A program made the translations under genes and the position numbers. A model generated the notes under the pieces. The model made no database searches, was not told the origin of the DNA, and saw only the letters and a list, made by a program, of their open reading frames with translations. This document shows, piece by piece, positions 1 through 11,165 of a DNA stretch of 38,946 nt (positions are counted from its first letter, which is position 1; every line of letters starts with the position of its first letter). Origin of the DNA: Priapulus caudatus. Lineage: Eukaryota. The DNA lies in contig NW_014577068.1 of the NCBI RefSeq assembly GCF_000485595.1, forward strand, positions 471,680 through 510,625, given 5' to 3'.

Positions 1-1509
1 ATGACGAGAGAGAGAAAAAGGAAGAGAGAGAGAGAACGGTGAGCGAGCAAAGATTGATGAAGACACCTTCCATGTAAGTAAGAAAGCAGACTACTAGAGA
101 GCACGAATTGAGAGGATGAGAGAGGAGAGAGATAATGGAATATCATGGATTGACTTAGTGTATATCAGAAAGAGAAGATAAGAGAAGTAGTTTTTTATTG
201 CAGAATATCGCTGAATATGTGGTTAGTTTATCCAACACATTATGTGAGCTTATTATAGGTTCATGTAAGAGCGCAGAAAACATAGGTATAAGTGGTTTAC
301 AATGTCGCATTTCAGCCACTTGATATTGCAATGTGGCTCATTTTTTGGAGAATTGTCAGAAGGCGTAATTCCGTTACATTTGTATTCCGTTACGGCTGTT
401 CTTTTTAGAAAAAACACTGCCCTGCAGATATTCATGAATATTATGAGCCAAATTTTATAGCCACCATAAAGTCTACTCAAGCACATGAGACTAACAAATT
501 TCATGGAAACATGTTGCCCTCGCTATTATAGATTTCAGAGAATGCGCAACTCCCTCTGAAAGTTTGAGGTAAAATAAGACCCTATTTTACTGCCGTTAAT
601 TACCGTTACCAGACAACTTTCTAGGTCACGACTCCGATCCGCGCGACGTAACGGGATTTCTCTGAATCTAGTGTTTTACCAAAAAAAGCCAAGGGTAATC
701 AAGCAGAACTAATAAGGGTATTAGTTCATCAGTTCAGCTGTTGGACTAAGCATGGCAGGTTAAAACTAAGACAAAACATATAATGCCTGAATATTGTAGA
801 TTCGCGTTACGAGTGGAATTGCAGCTAAAAGAGAGGATTGCTCCGACCTGGTGGATTGAAAGATAAAAATAGAATTCTCGTGGGGGATTTTACCATCAAG
901 TCTGTCACATATATGACACACAGTAAAATCACTTCAGATGATAACAAAACCTAGTCTAAGGTGGTAGGGAAGTAGCTACTGGGTACTCACCTTCCCCTCC
1001 CCCTCCTCTTTTCTTTTTTCTCTTCATCGCCCCTTCCGAGCCTCACATATGCCGGTTTTTTTCCTTGTGTCGAAAGACGTCACAATCAGCTGCAGAGCTG
1101 ATCGCCCAATGAATAGTAGGTGGACATGGACAAAAAAAATTTTTAGACAATTTTTACAATTTGTTGACAATTCAATTAATATTTGTGGTACATGAAAACT
1201 CCATATCATTTAGAACTCTTATATATCTTACCCTACTGAGCCAACCTGACAGTATAGATATATGCAAGGTGTTGGCTTGCGGACTGTTTATTGTAAGTCG
1301 ACAAATCAGTCCCATCGTCAGTCACACTATATTTATGTATATTACTGGAAAAATTGACAATCTTCTTTTTTAACTTTTAATTCTGTGTATTTTAGTTGGA
1401 TATGGTCTTGTATTTGGCATAAGCATTGATTTTCTACTTCCAGTAGTTTGAAGACAATTTTGAATCAAAGTTGACTATATTTTTTGCATGTCCATTTTTT
1501 GCAATGTAC

Positions 1510-1764
1510 AGGTGGGCATTGCGGCGGGACAATCAGGATGTCGTGGGTGAGAAGTGCGTGCGTAACGACGCTGGCGAGTTGTCCCTGGATGGGGAGGCGA
1601 AGAAGCAGGCTTGGAAAAAGCACTACGAGCGCCTATCCAACGAAGAGTTTGACTGGGATCACGACCTCCTGTCGGAGGAACCCCCCATCAAAGGTCCTTC
1701 TGAAGAGATCACCCTCGAGAGGATCATAAAGTGTATAGGTGTCATGAAGCTTGGCAAAGCAGCA
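1510..1764 (+). mobile_element. Non-LTR retrotransposon (RTE-like LINE) ORF2 fragment, linker between endonuclease and RT
   Basis: GC-rich patch in AT-rich DNA translating to RDNQDVVGEKCVRNDAGELSLDGEAKKQAWKKHYERLSNEEFDWD...PIKGPSEEITLERIIKCIGVMKLGKAA. The W..HY..L.N and MK.GKA(A) motifs precede the RT domain in RTE-type LINEs. Truncated on both sides. Confidence 0.8.
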
Positions 1765-1845
1765 CAAGCCTCACAAACTCTATTTTTAGCTTCCAATCAC
1801 AAGTCAGAGCAATTCCTCTGTTTAGCCGCTTCAAAGAGCGTGTTT

Positions 1846-2200
1846 GGGGGTGTTTGCTTGGTCGGATCCACAGATCTCGATCCACTGGATCCGTGGATCC
1901 GACTGTTTGTTTGGTCGGATCCACGGATCTCGATCCACCGAACCCGACCCTGCTAGCGAGGTGGATTCGACAGGGATCCAATATGGCAGCCTGCGCCTCA
2001 GCCAATCACAGCTTGTTCTTTGTTATGAACCATCCCGTGATAGGTCACAGCGAAACGCGAACCGTTGAAAGTGAGTTTGCATTTGTTTGGGTTAGGGTTC
2101 GATCCAGTGGATCGAGATCCGTGGATCCGACCAAACAAACACGCCCTTAGAGTTCGATCCAGTGGATCGAGATCAGTGGATTCGACCAAACAAACACCGC
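1846..2200. mobile_element. Foldback-type MITE with modular inverted repeats
   Basis: Repeated GTTTGTTTGGTCGGATCCACGGATCTCGATCCA modules on the left and reverse-complement copies at about 2098-2200. AACCCGACCCT / GGGTTAGGGTT lie at the inner edges. No clear TSD. Confidence 0.75.
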
Positions 2201-2252
2201 CTCTCGATTCGATTCCCAAAATATTGAAATGTTATTAACCAACCATTTTAAC

Positions 2253-3099
2253 CACAGGCAATCGGAACGTCTCAATAAAAAAAAGAAGGTAAATAAACAC
2301 AAAATGTATTTACTACCAAAGTCTTAATGTTTCTCTACTCTATTTCGCCTATTATTGCCGATATAATCACCTGTAAATGCCGGTCAAATGCTCATCTGCA
2401 ACACACAAGTACACCGCATGCATGCCCTGTGCACAAACAACATGAATAAGAGAGAATTAAAAAAAAAAAAAAAATAAAAAAAAAGAATAAGAAAATAAAA
2501 TAATAAAAACTCTTATTCATGTTGTTTGTGCACAGGGCGTGCGTGCGGTGTACTCGTGTGTTGCAGATGACCATTTGGCCGGCATTTACACGTGATTATC
2601 GGCAATAATAGGCGAAATAGAGTAGAGAAACATTAAGACTTTGGAGTTTGGTAGTATTGGTAGTAGACTTTGGAGTATACATTTTGTGTTTATTTACCTT
2701 TTTTTTCCGAAGTGATTATTTCCCCGGCAAGCCGGACAACTAAGCCAAGAAATCAAACTATCTTCTCCGGCAAAAAGCAGACTATGCCTATGGGAATTAG
2801 GGTTATAGGGTTAGGGTTAGATACATCCTGATCAAGAGTACATACTAGGAGATCTCCTATTATGTACTCTTGATCCTGATACATGGCTGGGTAGACCACG
2901 TGGCCGTCTTCCCGCCTAATACAGCGGCGGCGGGACACTTCGGTCTGCCGAAGAATTTAACTATGATTTTCAGCACTGCTTCTACGGCAAAGCCGGAGAA
3001 ACAGTGCTGAAAACGTACACTTGTTTCTCCGGCGCCGGAGATCTAACGATGGTTTTCACCGCTGCTTTATTTTTTATTGAGACGTTCCAAGTGCCTGTG
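2253..3099. mobile_element. Non-autonomous TIR element, CA...TG termini, 8-bp TSD (P- or hAT-like)
   Basis: TIRs CACAGGCAATCGGAACGTCTCAATAAAA / TTTTATTGAGACGTTCCAAGTGCCTGTG; perfect TSD ATTTTAAC at 2245-2252 and 3100-3107. Confidence 0.88.
2286..2700. repeat. Long internal inverted repeat (about 170-bp arms, A-rich spacer) nested in the 2253-3099 element
   Basis: 2286-2452 is the near reverse complement of 2510-2700 (e.g. GCACAAACAACATGAATAAGAG / CTCTTATTCATGTTGTTTGTGC). The spacer is poly-A rich. Confidence 0.9.
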
Positions 3100-3669
3100 A
3101 TTTTAACCAACTATTACATTCATGCTTTTTCTTAATTTTATATAATAAAATCACATTAAGCAGTATATTATCGTAAGCACATTAATCGTATATCAGTATA
3201 GAAAGTATATAAAGGTATCGAATAACAGTAATACTAATAGGTCAAAGACTCAAATGACTAGAAATTATGAGAAATTGCCAATGGATATCGTGTACTAGTC
3301 AGTAGTCTAATGTCGACAACTAATGAGTAATGACTAGTCCAGATGAGACGGGATACTAGAGAAGCGTTGCCGAAAGGAGGTGTTAATCCGAAGTGCTGCG
3401 CGATCTTGCGCGCAGTTCCGCGGCAAGGCGCACGCGACCGCGGGAACGTCCTACGACAGTATGCAGCGCTGGCAGCTATGGATCCGTGCGCCGAATAACT
3501 GTGGGCCATATTCTCATGTCTGATGACACTATCTCAACCCTAGACTCAACCCTACTACAAGTCAGGATTCAAAACACTTTTCATGACTTTTCAGAGAGCG
3601 TGCACAGTTATAGGTTACTATAGTAATAATACATGTATTAATTTTAAAACACAGGTAAGAATTGCAATT

Positions 3670-4060
3670 TCTCACAATTTCACGTGTTTTTGTACGTTTG
3701 CAACCATAATTTTTGACTATTTGTGAGTCTGGAAACATTTTCTTGAAGAGTTCATTTGCATGGTCTGCCGCCCTCAAAGGCACATTGTGTTCAATTAAAT
3801 CTCACTTCTGCGTCAAGACAGACAATTCTCTATCTGCTGCAAAGAAGCTTGATATATTGGGTGTAGATTCCACTGCACCCGCATAGCACTTATGCTGTTG
3901 GGAGACTATATGCCTCTGGCAGTCACTCCTTCCTCCGTGCCCCACATGAAAGTCTGTCTTGCATACCATGATGCAATAGCCATGATTAACACTGAGTTTT
4001 GACTTCACAAGTACAGGCCACATCTGTGTATATTCGTTCCTGAATTTCTGTAAAAGTCGG
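3670..4060 (-). pseudogene. Decayed hAT-type transposase N-terminus (BED-like zinc finger plus following domain)
   Basis: QKFRNEYTQMWP...GYCIMVCKTDFHVGHGGRSDCQRHIVSQQHK...ISSFF (C-C-H-H finger), then after frameshifts near 3790-3815 IEHNVPLRAADHANELFKKMFPDSQIVKNYGCKRTKTREIV, a motif typical of animal hAT transposases. The catalytic core is absent. Confidence 0.8.
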
Positions 4061-4131
4061 GTTTTTTGGATGGCAATGGCAATTGGATGCCATTCTCCCC
4101 ACGTGTTAATCTGATTAGCAGACAAACTACG

Positions 4132-4421
4132 GCTGAGAGGGTCTATGTCCCCCGGGGTACTGCCGGAACGTACCCTGGGTACGGTCCGGTATACCGGAAC
4201 GTACCTTGGTACTATCTAATATGCCGGACCGTACCTCGTCTACTCCACTAAAGAATCTAGGGAGTCGCCTACGCCTACTCCCTAACCCTAACCTTAACCG
4301 TAACCGTAACCCTAATCCTAACCCTAACCATATCAAATAGTTACCAAGGTACGTTCCGGTATACCGGACCGTACCCAGGGTACGTTCCGGCAGTACCCTG
4401 GGGGACATAGACCCTATGAGC
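4132..4421. mobile_element. Foldback MITE with 9-bp TSD (Mutator-like) and internal (TAACCC)n tract
   Basis: About 80-bp near-perfect TIRs (AGGGTCTATGTCCCC...GGTACTGCCGGAACGTACC) built of CCGGAACGTACC modules. Direct repeat CAAACTACG at 4123-4131 and 4422-4430 (alternatively 7 bp with GG..CC ends). CCCTAACCCTAACC tract at about 4280-4329. Confidence 0.9.
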
Positions 4422-4719
4422 CAAACTACGCGACACCTTGCAGACAGCGGCTGTCTGACTAGGCTGTTCCATTTACCGTAGACATGCCAGATACAAAATG
4501 CATAGAAACACATAAAACTGAGCGATGGTAGGGGGGTGCAAAACTAAGGTAAACGACTCGCGCAGTGACGGCTATTAATAAACTTGCTGCATCTCTACTG
4601 CACCAGCGATTGGCCAGTGCCAGGCACCGGCTGAAAAAAAAAACAATGTGTCCAAGCGAACAATGCAAACAATCCGTGCAAATTTTGCACAGTGCAACTG
4701 AAATGAGGAATATAACCTT

Positions 4720-4793
4720 GCCGCTGCGAAGTGCGGAAATTAAGCCTAGAAATCGTAATGATTCCGCAGAATGCGGAATGGTTGGCGACCCTG
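4720..4793 (-). mobile_element. Probable 5' end of the hAT element carrying the 3670-4060 transposase relic
   Basis: Reverse complement reads CAGGGTCGCCAACC, a hAT-like terminus, with GCGGAA/TTCCGC subterminal repeats. The partner end was not found. Confidence 0.55.
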
Positions 4794-5011
4794 TAGAGGC
4801 ATTAAAGGGATTAGTGTACTCTAGGATTTTACTGCATACAACTGTACTTACTGTATAACAAATTGTCTATACCCACACGTATTTGTTACCAGATACCTAA
4901 TTTAATTGTTATAATTAATTACACATCAACGCTACGAAATTTGAACGGCGCCATGACACTCGCGACCGCGCTGATAGATATCAATATATGCTACAGTAGA
5001 ATATACACACC

Positions 5012-5845
5012 TTACACTGGAAAGCATTGGCGAATGCAATCACACATGTGGTGGAATGCATCAATCCCACCACCGAACTTTATGCGCCACATAACCTCGG
5101 GAGAATCTGTGAGTTGCGACATCACTGATGTTTTTGGCGACCTAGAGAACAATAAATGTTACAGCAAATTATTAGAAGAATTTTTTTATACATTCCTAGA
5201 AGGCACATAGAATTTCTCCATTGATGCAATATAGATATATTGTGTTTGTCATTGTTGTGCAATGTAAGCTGCTAATTCACAATTTGTTTATGCTATGTAG
5301 GAAATGCTATGCTACGCGTTTTGCTTGCGACCACATATTTTCCACGGTTTGTGTGTGGGCGCCAGGAACAGGGTCGATGAAATTGCAGTTATGGTTGACC
5401 GTTTGGTGGGCATGCCCAGCATTGATGTTTCCTAGCTGGTGGCACGCCCTCCATTCGTCGCTCATAAATGCCATTCCACCACCGCAGACAAAAATAACTG
5501 TTAATAATTACTATAAATTCACATAAATTAAATTCCACATATAAATAATTAGCTGGTAAATACTAAATTACCATAGTTGCAAAATAATACTTAACTGCCA
5601 AATTTCTATACTATATACATACAATATTATACAAAATCACACTTAATAACTTTTAACAAAACAATAGATCAGAGCTATGAAAACTGTATATACTGACTGT
5701 AAGCGCTTTTCGCAGAGTAGAAGTGGTGGGGCCGCATCATTGGTGGCATCGGACTCTTCCTCGGTATCTTGGTATATACCATCGATTAAGCACAGTTCCT
5801 CGCAAACCCTCCCGGACTGGGACTCCTCGATCTCCATGGTGTCTT
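5012..5845 (-). pseudogene. Decayed, apparently intron-split Merlin/IS1595(ISXO2)-type DDE transposase
   Basis: Three minus-strand segments in the correct order. 5845-~5700: TMEIEES..GRVCEELCLIDGIYQDT..DAA (cf. VEIDES..GR..WVFGGI.R.T..RDAATL). ~5470-5310: MSDEWRACHQLG..GHAHQTVNHNCNFIDPVPGAHTQTVENMWSQAK (cf. SD.W.AY..HxTVNHS.NFVDP.TGAHTQ.IE..W). 5141-5012: EVMWRIKFGGGIDAF..CIRQCFPV* (cf. EFMWR..F..DAF..I..YP). AG acceptors at 5846-47 and 5142-43. Confidence 0.85.
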
Positions 5846-5894
5846 CTACAAAGCATCATGTTAAATATCTAATAGTTAATAATATAATAAACAC

Positions 5895-6294
5895 TAGTGT
5901 TGTCAATCGGTTGTAATTTCGTAATCGATCATCGGTTGAACCCAAGTAACCGATGATCGGTTACAATCGGTTACTCGGGGTGTTGAATGCCTGCGTGTGC
6001 ATGTACGTTTGTGCATGTATGTGCTTGTTTAGCCCTGTTTACTGTTTGTTTTGCACTGTTTACTACTGTGTGTATAATACATGTATGTTATTAAAGGATA
6101 ACTTGTATAGTAGCGATGATATCTCTGATTCTCATCACTTTTCCAAGTTTTCTTGTTCAAGTTTTACACTCATTTCGATTTTTTTTTCTTTTTTTTTCGA
6201 TGAAATCGATTATGGATTTTGATAACCAATTGTGCTTGGTTCGAGCCACTGTTCAACCGATGATCAAGTATAATCGATGATCGTGACATCACTA
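5895..6294. mobile_element. hAT (Ac-type) MITE nested in the 4806-7696 element
   Basis: Termini TAGTGTTGTCA / TGACATCACTA, ATCGGTT/AACCGAT subterminal repeats, perfect 8-bp TSD ATAAACAC (5887-5894, 6295-6302). Confidence 0.9.
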
Positions 6295-6344
6295 ATAAAC
6301 ACGATGAAATAGTATATATTTAATTTTACATATATATAACTATT

Positions 6345-6880
6345 AAGGGCAGTTGTCGCCAACTACATGTATCCCCCGTGATCTAGTATGAATGAAATAT
6401 CTCTGTAAGGACGTAGAAGGTAGGTAAAGTTAAATAAGTCACAAAGACAAAGGTTTGTTACACAACTCATCTGCCTGAGATGTGCAAGTATGTTAAAATT
6501 GGTTGCCATAGGGGTTTTGGTACGCGACACACCTTCTCCCACAAGATGGTGTAAAGGTATCACGAAGTTTGCTCGCGCACTAGGTCAATTATCGGGGCGT
6601 CGAGTTATAGAGCGATAGGAAATATGATCAAGGTCAAATAACAGGTCGCAGTGACCTGGTTTTGTGTACGCGGACACACCTTCTCCCGAAGATGTGTAAG
6701 TATACAAGTTTGGTTAAGCGCTAGCTCAAAATTAGGGCGCGAGTTAAAGAGCGGAAGAAAATATGGATCAAGATCAAGGTAAAGGTCAAATAAGCGTCGT
6801 AGTGGCTCGGTTTTGGTGATCGCTGCGCCCTTTCCCCAAGATGATGTAAGTAGAGCTATGTTTGGTCACCGCTAGGTTCT
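6345..6880 (+). repeat. Degenerate ~145-150-bp tandem units, likely a Helentron-associated non-autonomous element fragment
   Basis: Three indel-rich copies of GGTTTTGG..CGCGACACACCTTCTCCC.AAGATG..GTAAG..AAGTTTGGT..AAGGTCAAATAA starting at about 6513, 6657 and 6808. Confidence 0.55.
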
Positions 6881-7727
6881 TCACCATTCAAGCAAGAACC
6901 AATGAAACGTTGTAGTGACAAAGAAGCATTCTTATGTATTCGAGCCAACTTTGCCACTGCCTATGCCACCATCCACCAGCAATCTATAATAAGCAACTAA
7001 TCTCTATTATTAGGCAAAGCTGACACGTTTATTGATTAGTTTTAGCTGACGCGTTTCACGTAACGTTGACTGGAAACAGTCGGTACAGTTGCTGATGTAA
7101 TTTTCTACGGTTATTTTCAGTCTAATTTAGTATAATTACCTAGCTAAAAGTTTCCATGGTTTAATCACCATTAGAAATATTATTAAAGAAATGCTTTTAA
7201 ACTAACGATACAGTTGATTACTACGACGGTGGCGGCCACTCAAAAGCGCCAATCTGATAAGTTGCGCAAAACTACTTTTCCAGCAAGGGCTACAGACCTG
7301 GGTTGTTTCTCTAATTTATTCATTTAAAAAGCAAAAGAATTGTAATTCTTATAAACGACATATAGTTTACCGTCTATAATATGGATTAAATTCCAAAATA
7401 ATAGCCTAAAATTAGACTATCGTTTCAGTTAAATAGCATTTAGGTATAAATATAATTGCACTTTTGTGATTAGCCCTCGGTCTGTAACCTGCAAAATAAA
7501 TTGTCAAATACGCAACTTTTTCGGAGTGGCAGCACGGTCGCGGGTGTCATGGCGCCGTTCAAATTTCGTAGCGTTGATGTGTAAATAATTATAACAATTA
7601 AATTAGGTATCTGGTAACATATACGTGTGGGTATAGACGATTTGTTATACAGTAAGTACAGTCGTATGCAGTAAAATCCTAGAGGCTACTGTCCCTTACC
7701 ACTCGTGTGCAGCCTCCCTGGTGCGTA

Positions 7728-7800
7728 CAGTCAAACCTCGGTTATCCGAACATCAATTATCCGAATTTCGGATTATCTGAACTTCATCTCAAGGTCCCAT
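7728..7800 (+). mobile_element. Left end of a pogo/Tigger-like (Tc1/mariner) MITE
   Basis: TA|CAGTCAAACCTCGGTTATCCGAAC with repeated TTATCCGAA subterminal motifs. Right TIR not found. Confidence 0.6.
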
Positions 7801-8169
7801 GAATATTTAAAAAGCCAGTAGACCACCCGTGACCCGTTGGGTCACCCACTATTCAGAGGTTATGAAGAATTCAAGTTAATTTCAATATTGCACTGAAATG
7901 AAGGTTTATTTTGAGATAATTAAATTAAATATTTCAATCCATTCGTGTTATTCATAATTCAAAAAAAAGACATTTGATTGTTCACCTTTCCTTTGTATTG
8001 TTTATCGCTGTAGAAAGCTAGATAGGCGGCGCGCGTTTGACGTAACGTTGACTGGAAACAGTCGGTACAGTTGCTGATGTAATTTGCCTGTGAACGGTTG
8101 CCAAGCGCCTCGCGCTCACCCAGAGCTGCACCGGCCGTGTATTTAATGCTACTATTCCACACAGACCCC

Positions 8170-8490
8170 GAATCCTACGAATCGCCACGAATTGATAAAT
8201 TTTAGGATTCGTGAGGATTCGTGGAATTTTGCAAATTTCTTGTCCAAATCGTGACGCTCTACGATTCTGTTACGATACAGGTACGATAGAGTTACGAATA
8301 TTCGTGGGATTTGGCTCGAATCGCTCAAATATTGTCAAGAATTCACTACGATTTACAAGAATCGATTACAAATTAAATACTGCACGAACGTTAGGAGTCA
8401 GTTACGAATCAGTTAAGTATATGCCGAATGCATATACGAATCAGGTACGATTAAAATTGAATTCGTGACTATTCTTGACAATTCGTGGGA
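8170..8490. repeat. ACGAAT/ATTCGT-rich degenerate repeat, probable MITE interior
   Basis: Many TACGA(A)T and ATTCGTG motifs in both orientations. Termini not resolved. Confidence 0.45.
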
Positions 8491-8600
8491 TTTTCCCTCA
8501 AGATAGGTATAGCCCTCACCCCTGCTTGAAATTTTGGACCTTTGGGCGTGTGATCAAGGCATCAGTTCCAAAATGCAGCACGTTGCGCAAACGGGGCGCG

Positions 8601-8684
8601 CGCGCCCCGTTTGAGAAAACTCCCCCCTATTTGAATCATTGCGCCCCGTTTGGGAAAACTCCCCCCTGTTTGAATCGTTGCGCC
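8601..8684 (+). repeat. Short tandem duplication (about 39-bp unit x2)
   Basis: GCGCCCCGTTTG(A/G)GAAAACTCCCCCCT(A/G)TTTGAATC(A/G)TT occurs twice in tandem. Confidence 0.85.
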
Positions 8685-9269
8685 ACGTTTAAATTCCACC
8701 ACAATAAAAGTTTGCCAGCGCCGGAATCGATCGTCAAGAATTCCCGTTCGACCAGGACATTCGGCGCGTGTATTTTTACCGTACCACGCATCCACTGAAG
8801 ACAGTACACAAGTTAACCTGACAATGCACAGTTAACCTGTCACTAACTGTACACCAAAGATCGTAGAGTGAACAAGATAAACCACTCATGCGAAATCACG
8901 TGCAATGACGTGTAGTACGCAATGGAGCGCCACGTCCGCCATTTTAGGAAGCAAAACCCGCTCCGCGTCTGTTTGATACATAGAAATAATATGGATAACC
9001 ATGGTTAATATATATATGTAATATGTATATTATAATAATAATGTAATAGATAATATTTTTATGGCGAATAAGCTGTATCAATGCTCTCATTCAAGGTAGC
9101 AAAATCTAACCAATGATTCATATGCGGATGTTACTATGTAGTAATGTAGCCGTGCAGTGCCAAGGCTAGTGTGTAGGGAGAGTGATATACGCCGAGCGGC
9201 AGTGTGATAAGTTCAATATGGCTATACGACGGAGCCGTATGCACCGACTCAATATGGATAAAGACGGAG

Positions 9270-9925
9270 GATCGAAGGGGAGAAGAGAAGGGGGATGGTG
9301 GAAGGAGAAGGAGAAGGGAGAAGGTGGTGGAGAAGGAGGAAGGGGAGAGGAGAAAGGTGATGGAGAAGGGATGGGAGAAGCGTGGTGAGAAGGAGGAGTT
9401 TTAGAAGGGAGAAGGGCTAGCGTGGAGGAGGGGAGAAGCTGGTGGAGAAGAAGGGGGAGAAGCTTGTGGAAAAAGGAAGGATGAGGAGAGGAACGGGGAG
9501 AAGGAGCTTGGTGAGAGAGAGGGAGAGGGAGAAGGGGAGAAGGGAGCTGGTGAGGAGTGAGGGGGAGAAGGGAGAAAGGGATGCTGAGGGGGAGAAGGGA
9601 GCTGGTGGAGGGGGGGGGAGAAAGGGAGTGGAGAGGGGGAGAAGCTGGTGGAGGAAGAAGGGGAGTAAGAGAGAAGGGTGTGGATAAGGAAGATGGAGGA
9701 AGTGGTGGAGGAGGAGGGGGAGAAGCTGGTGGACGGAGGTGAAGAGGGGAGGGGCTGGTGGAGTAAGGGAGGGGAGAAGAGAAGGTTGTGGAGGAAGGGG
9801 AGAAGCTGTGAGAAGGAAGAGGGGCGAGAAAGAGAGAGGTGGTGGAGAAGGAAGGATGGAGAAGCTGGTGGAGGAGGGGAGAAGGAGAAGCTGGTGGAGG
9901 AAGGAGGGGGAAGAAAGCTGTGTGT
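9270..9925. repeat. Purine-rich low-complexity/minisatellite tract
   Basis: Nearly all G/A, with a recurring GAGAAGCTGGTGGAG core; abuts an assembly gap. Confidence 0.9.
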
Positions 9926-9956
9926 GGCTTCCTCCTTCTCCACAGTTCTCGCCTCT

Positions 9957-10502
9957 NNNNNNNNNNNNNNNNNNNNNNNNNNNNNNNNNNNNNNNNNNNN
10001 NNNNNNNNNNNNNNNNNNNNNNNNNNNNNNNNNNNNNNNNNNNNNNNNNNNNNNNNNNNNNNNNNNNNNNNNNNNNNNNNNNNNNNNNNNNNNNNNNNNN
10101 NNNNNNNNNNNNNNNNNNNNNNNNNNNNNNNNNNNNNNNNNNNNNNNNNNNNNNNNNNNNNNNNNNNNNNNNNNNNNNNNNNNNNNNNNNNNNNNNNNNN
10201 NNNNNNNNNNNNNNNNNNNNNNNNNNNNNNNNNNNNNNNNNNNNNNNNNNNNNNNNNNNNNNNNNNNNNNNNNNNNNNNNNNNNNNNNNNNNNNNNNNNN
10301 NNNNNNNNNNNNNNNNNNNNNNNNNNNNNNNNNNNNNNNNNNNNNNNNNNNNNNNNNNNNNNNNNNNNNNNNNNNNNNNNNNNNNNNNNNNNNNNNNNNN
10401 NNNNNNNNNNNNNNNNNNNNNNNNNNNNNNNNNNNNNNNNNNNNNNNNNNNNNNNNNNNNNNNNNNNNNNNNNNNNNNNNNNNNNNNNNNNNNNNNNNNN
10501 NN
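9957..10502. other. Assembly gap
   Basis: Run of N. Confidence 1.
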
Positions 10503-10703
10503 ATGTCGAGCTCCCTGGTTAGTCAAACCGATCGTCGAATGGCCAGAACTCCTCAATTCAGCGAAGTTGATGCTTGCGTTATATATGTAAACCGTGTAAG
10601 GTGAAGGAGGGGGCAGCAACGTTGTGTTAGAGCGCCGCTAGCGGCGTTGGCGCGCTTCGCGCGGATATCCGGCTGCAGAATGTCTAGTGAGTAATGGTGA
10701 ATA

Positions 10704-10884
10704 TACTACTAGTACTAGTACTACTACTACTACTAGGGACCCAATTATAACCAAACATTACATGACCTTTTAAGTTTTAGTACTACTAGTACTACTACTA
10801 CTACTAGTACTAGTAGTAGTACTAGTACTAGTACTAGTAGTGGCTAGTAGTAGTACTACTACTAGTAGCCTAGCGCAGTACTAG
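10704..10884. repeat. (CTA)n/(TAG)n mixed-orientation microsatellite
   Basis: Alternating TACTACTAG and TAGTAGTAC tracts forming short palindromes (ACTAGT, AGTACT). Confidence 0.85.
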
Positions 10885-11111
10885 AATAAAAAGTCAAAGA
10901 ACATTGCTTACCGGTGGCGCCGGTAGAACTATATTCTACAATACTAATAGACTATAAGTAACCTATTATTATGCCTCGTGCGTGACTGCCTGGGGCTTTG
11001 TCATAAAACTAGAATAGAATTTGGGCTTTGTCTGTACTCTTTGGCCTTGCTCTTTGGTACTCCATACACGGTGTTTATTTATAAATAGACCTTGCGCCAA
11101 GACGATGACTG

Positions 11112-11124
11112 AGCGCCATCTGGT
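11112..11124 (-). promoter_or_regulatory. CTCF/YY1-like core motif just upstream of the GEMIN6 ATG
   Basis: AGCGCCATCTGGT (reverse complement ACCAGATGGCGCT) 42 bp before the ATG. The ATG itself lies in AAGATGGCTGC, which is YY1-like. Confidence 0.4.
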
Positions 11125-11165
11125 ATCAAATACCGTAACGATTAGGTAACGAATAGGAATTAAAG

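Larger units (their letters stand above)
4806..7696. mobile_element. About 2.9-kb TIR element with about 160-bp TIRs and TTAA|AGGGA terminus
   Basis: 4806-4968 is the reverse complement of about 7535-7696 with few mismatches. Left end is TTAA-AGGGA; right end is GGCTACTGTCCCT-TACC (TTAA not intact). A third copy of the terminus occurs at 36608. Confidence 0.9.

Noticed and set aside
220..765. Possible piggyBac-like MITE ending in GGTTAA
   Set aside because: No convincing matching left TIR or TSD found.
1846..2200. CRISPR-like repeated palindromic units
   Set aside because: The units are in inverted orientation with no regular unique spacers, the context is eukaryotic, and there are no cas genes.
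4280..4330. Telomeric repeats as evidence of a chromosome end or fusion
   Set aside because: Short, degenerate and enclosed by TIRs with a TSD, so they are transposon-internal.
9182..10619. Long ORFs (180-400 aa) on both strands
   Set aside because: They result from purine-rich low complexity and read-through of an N gap; no domain signal.
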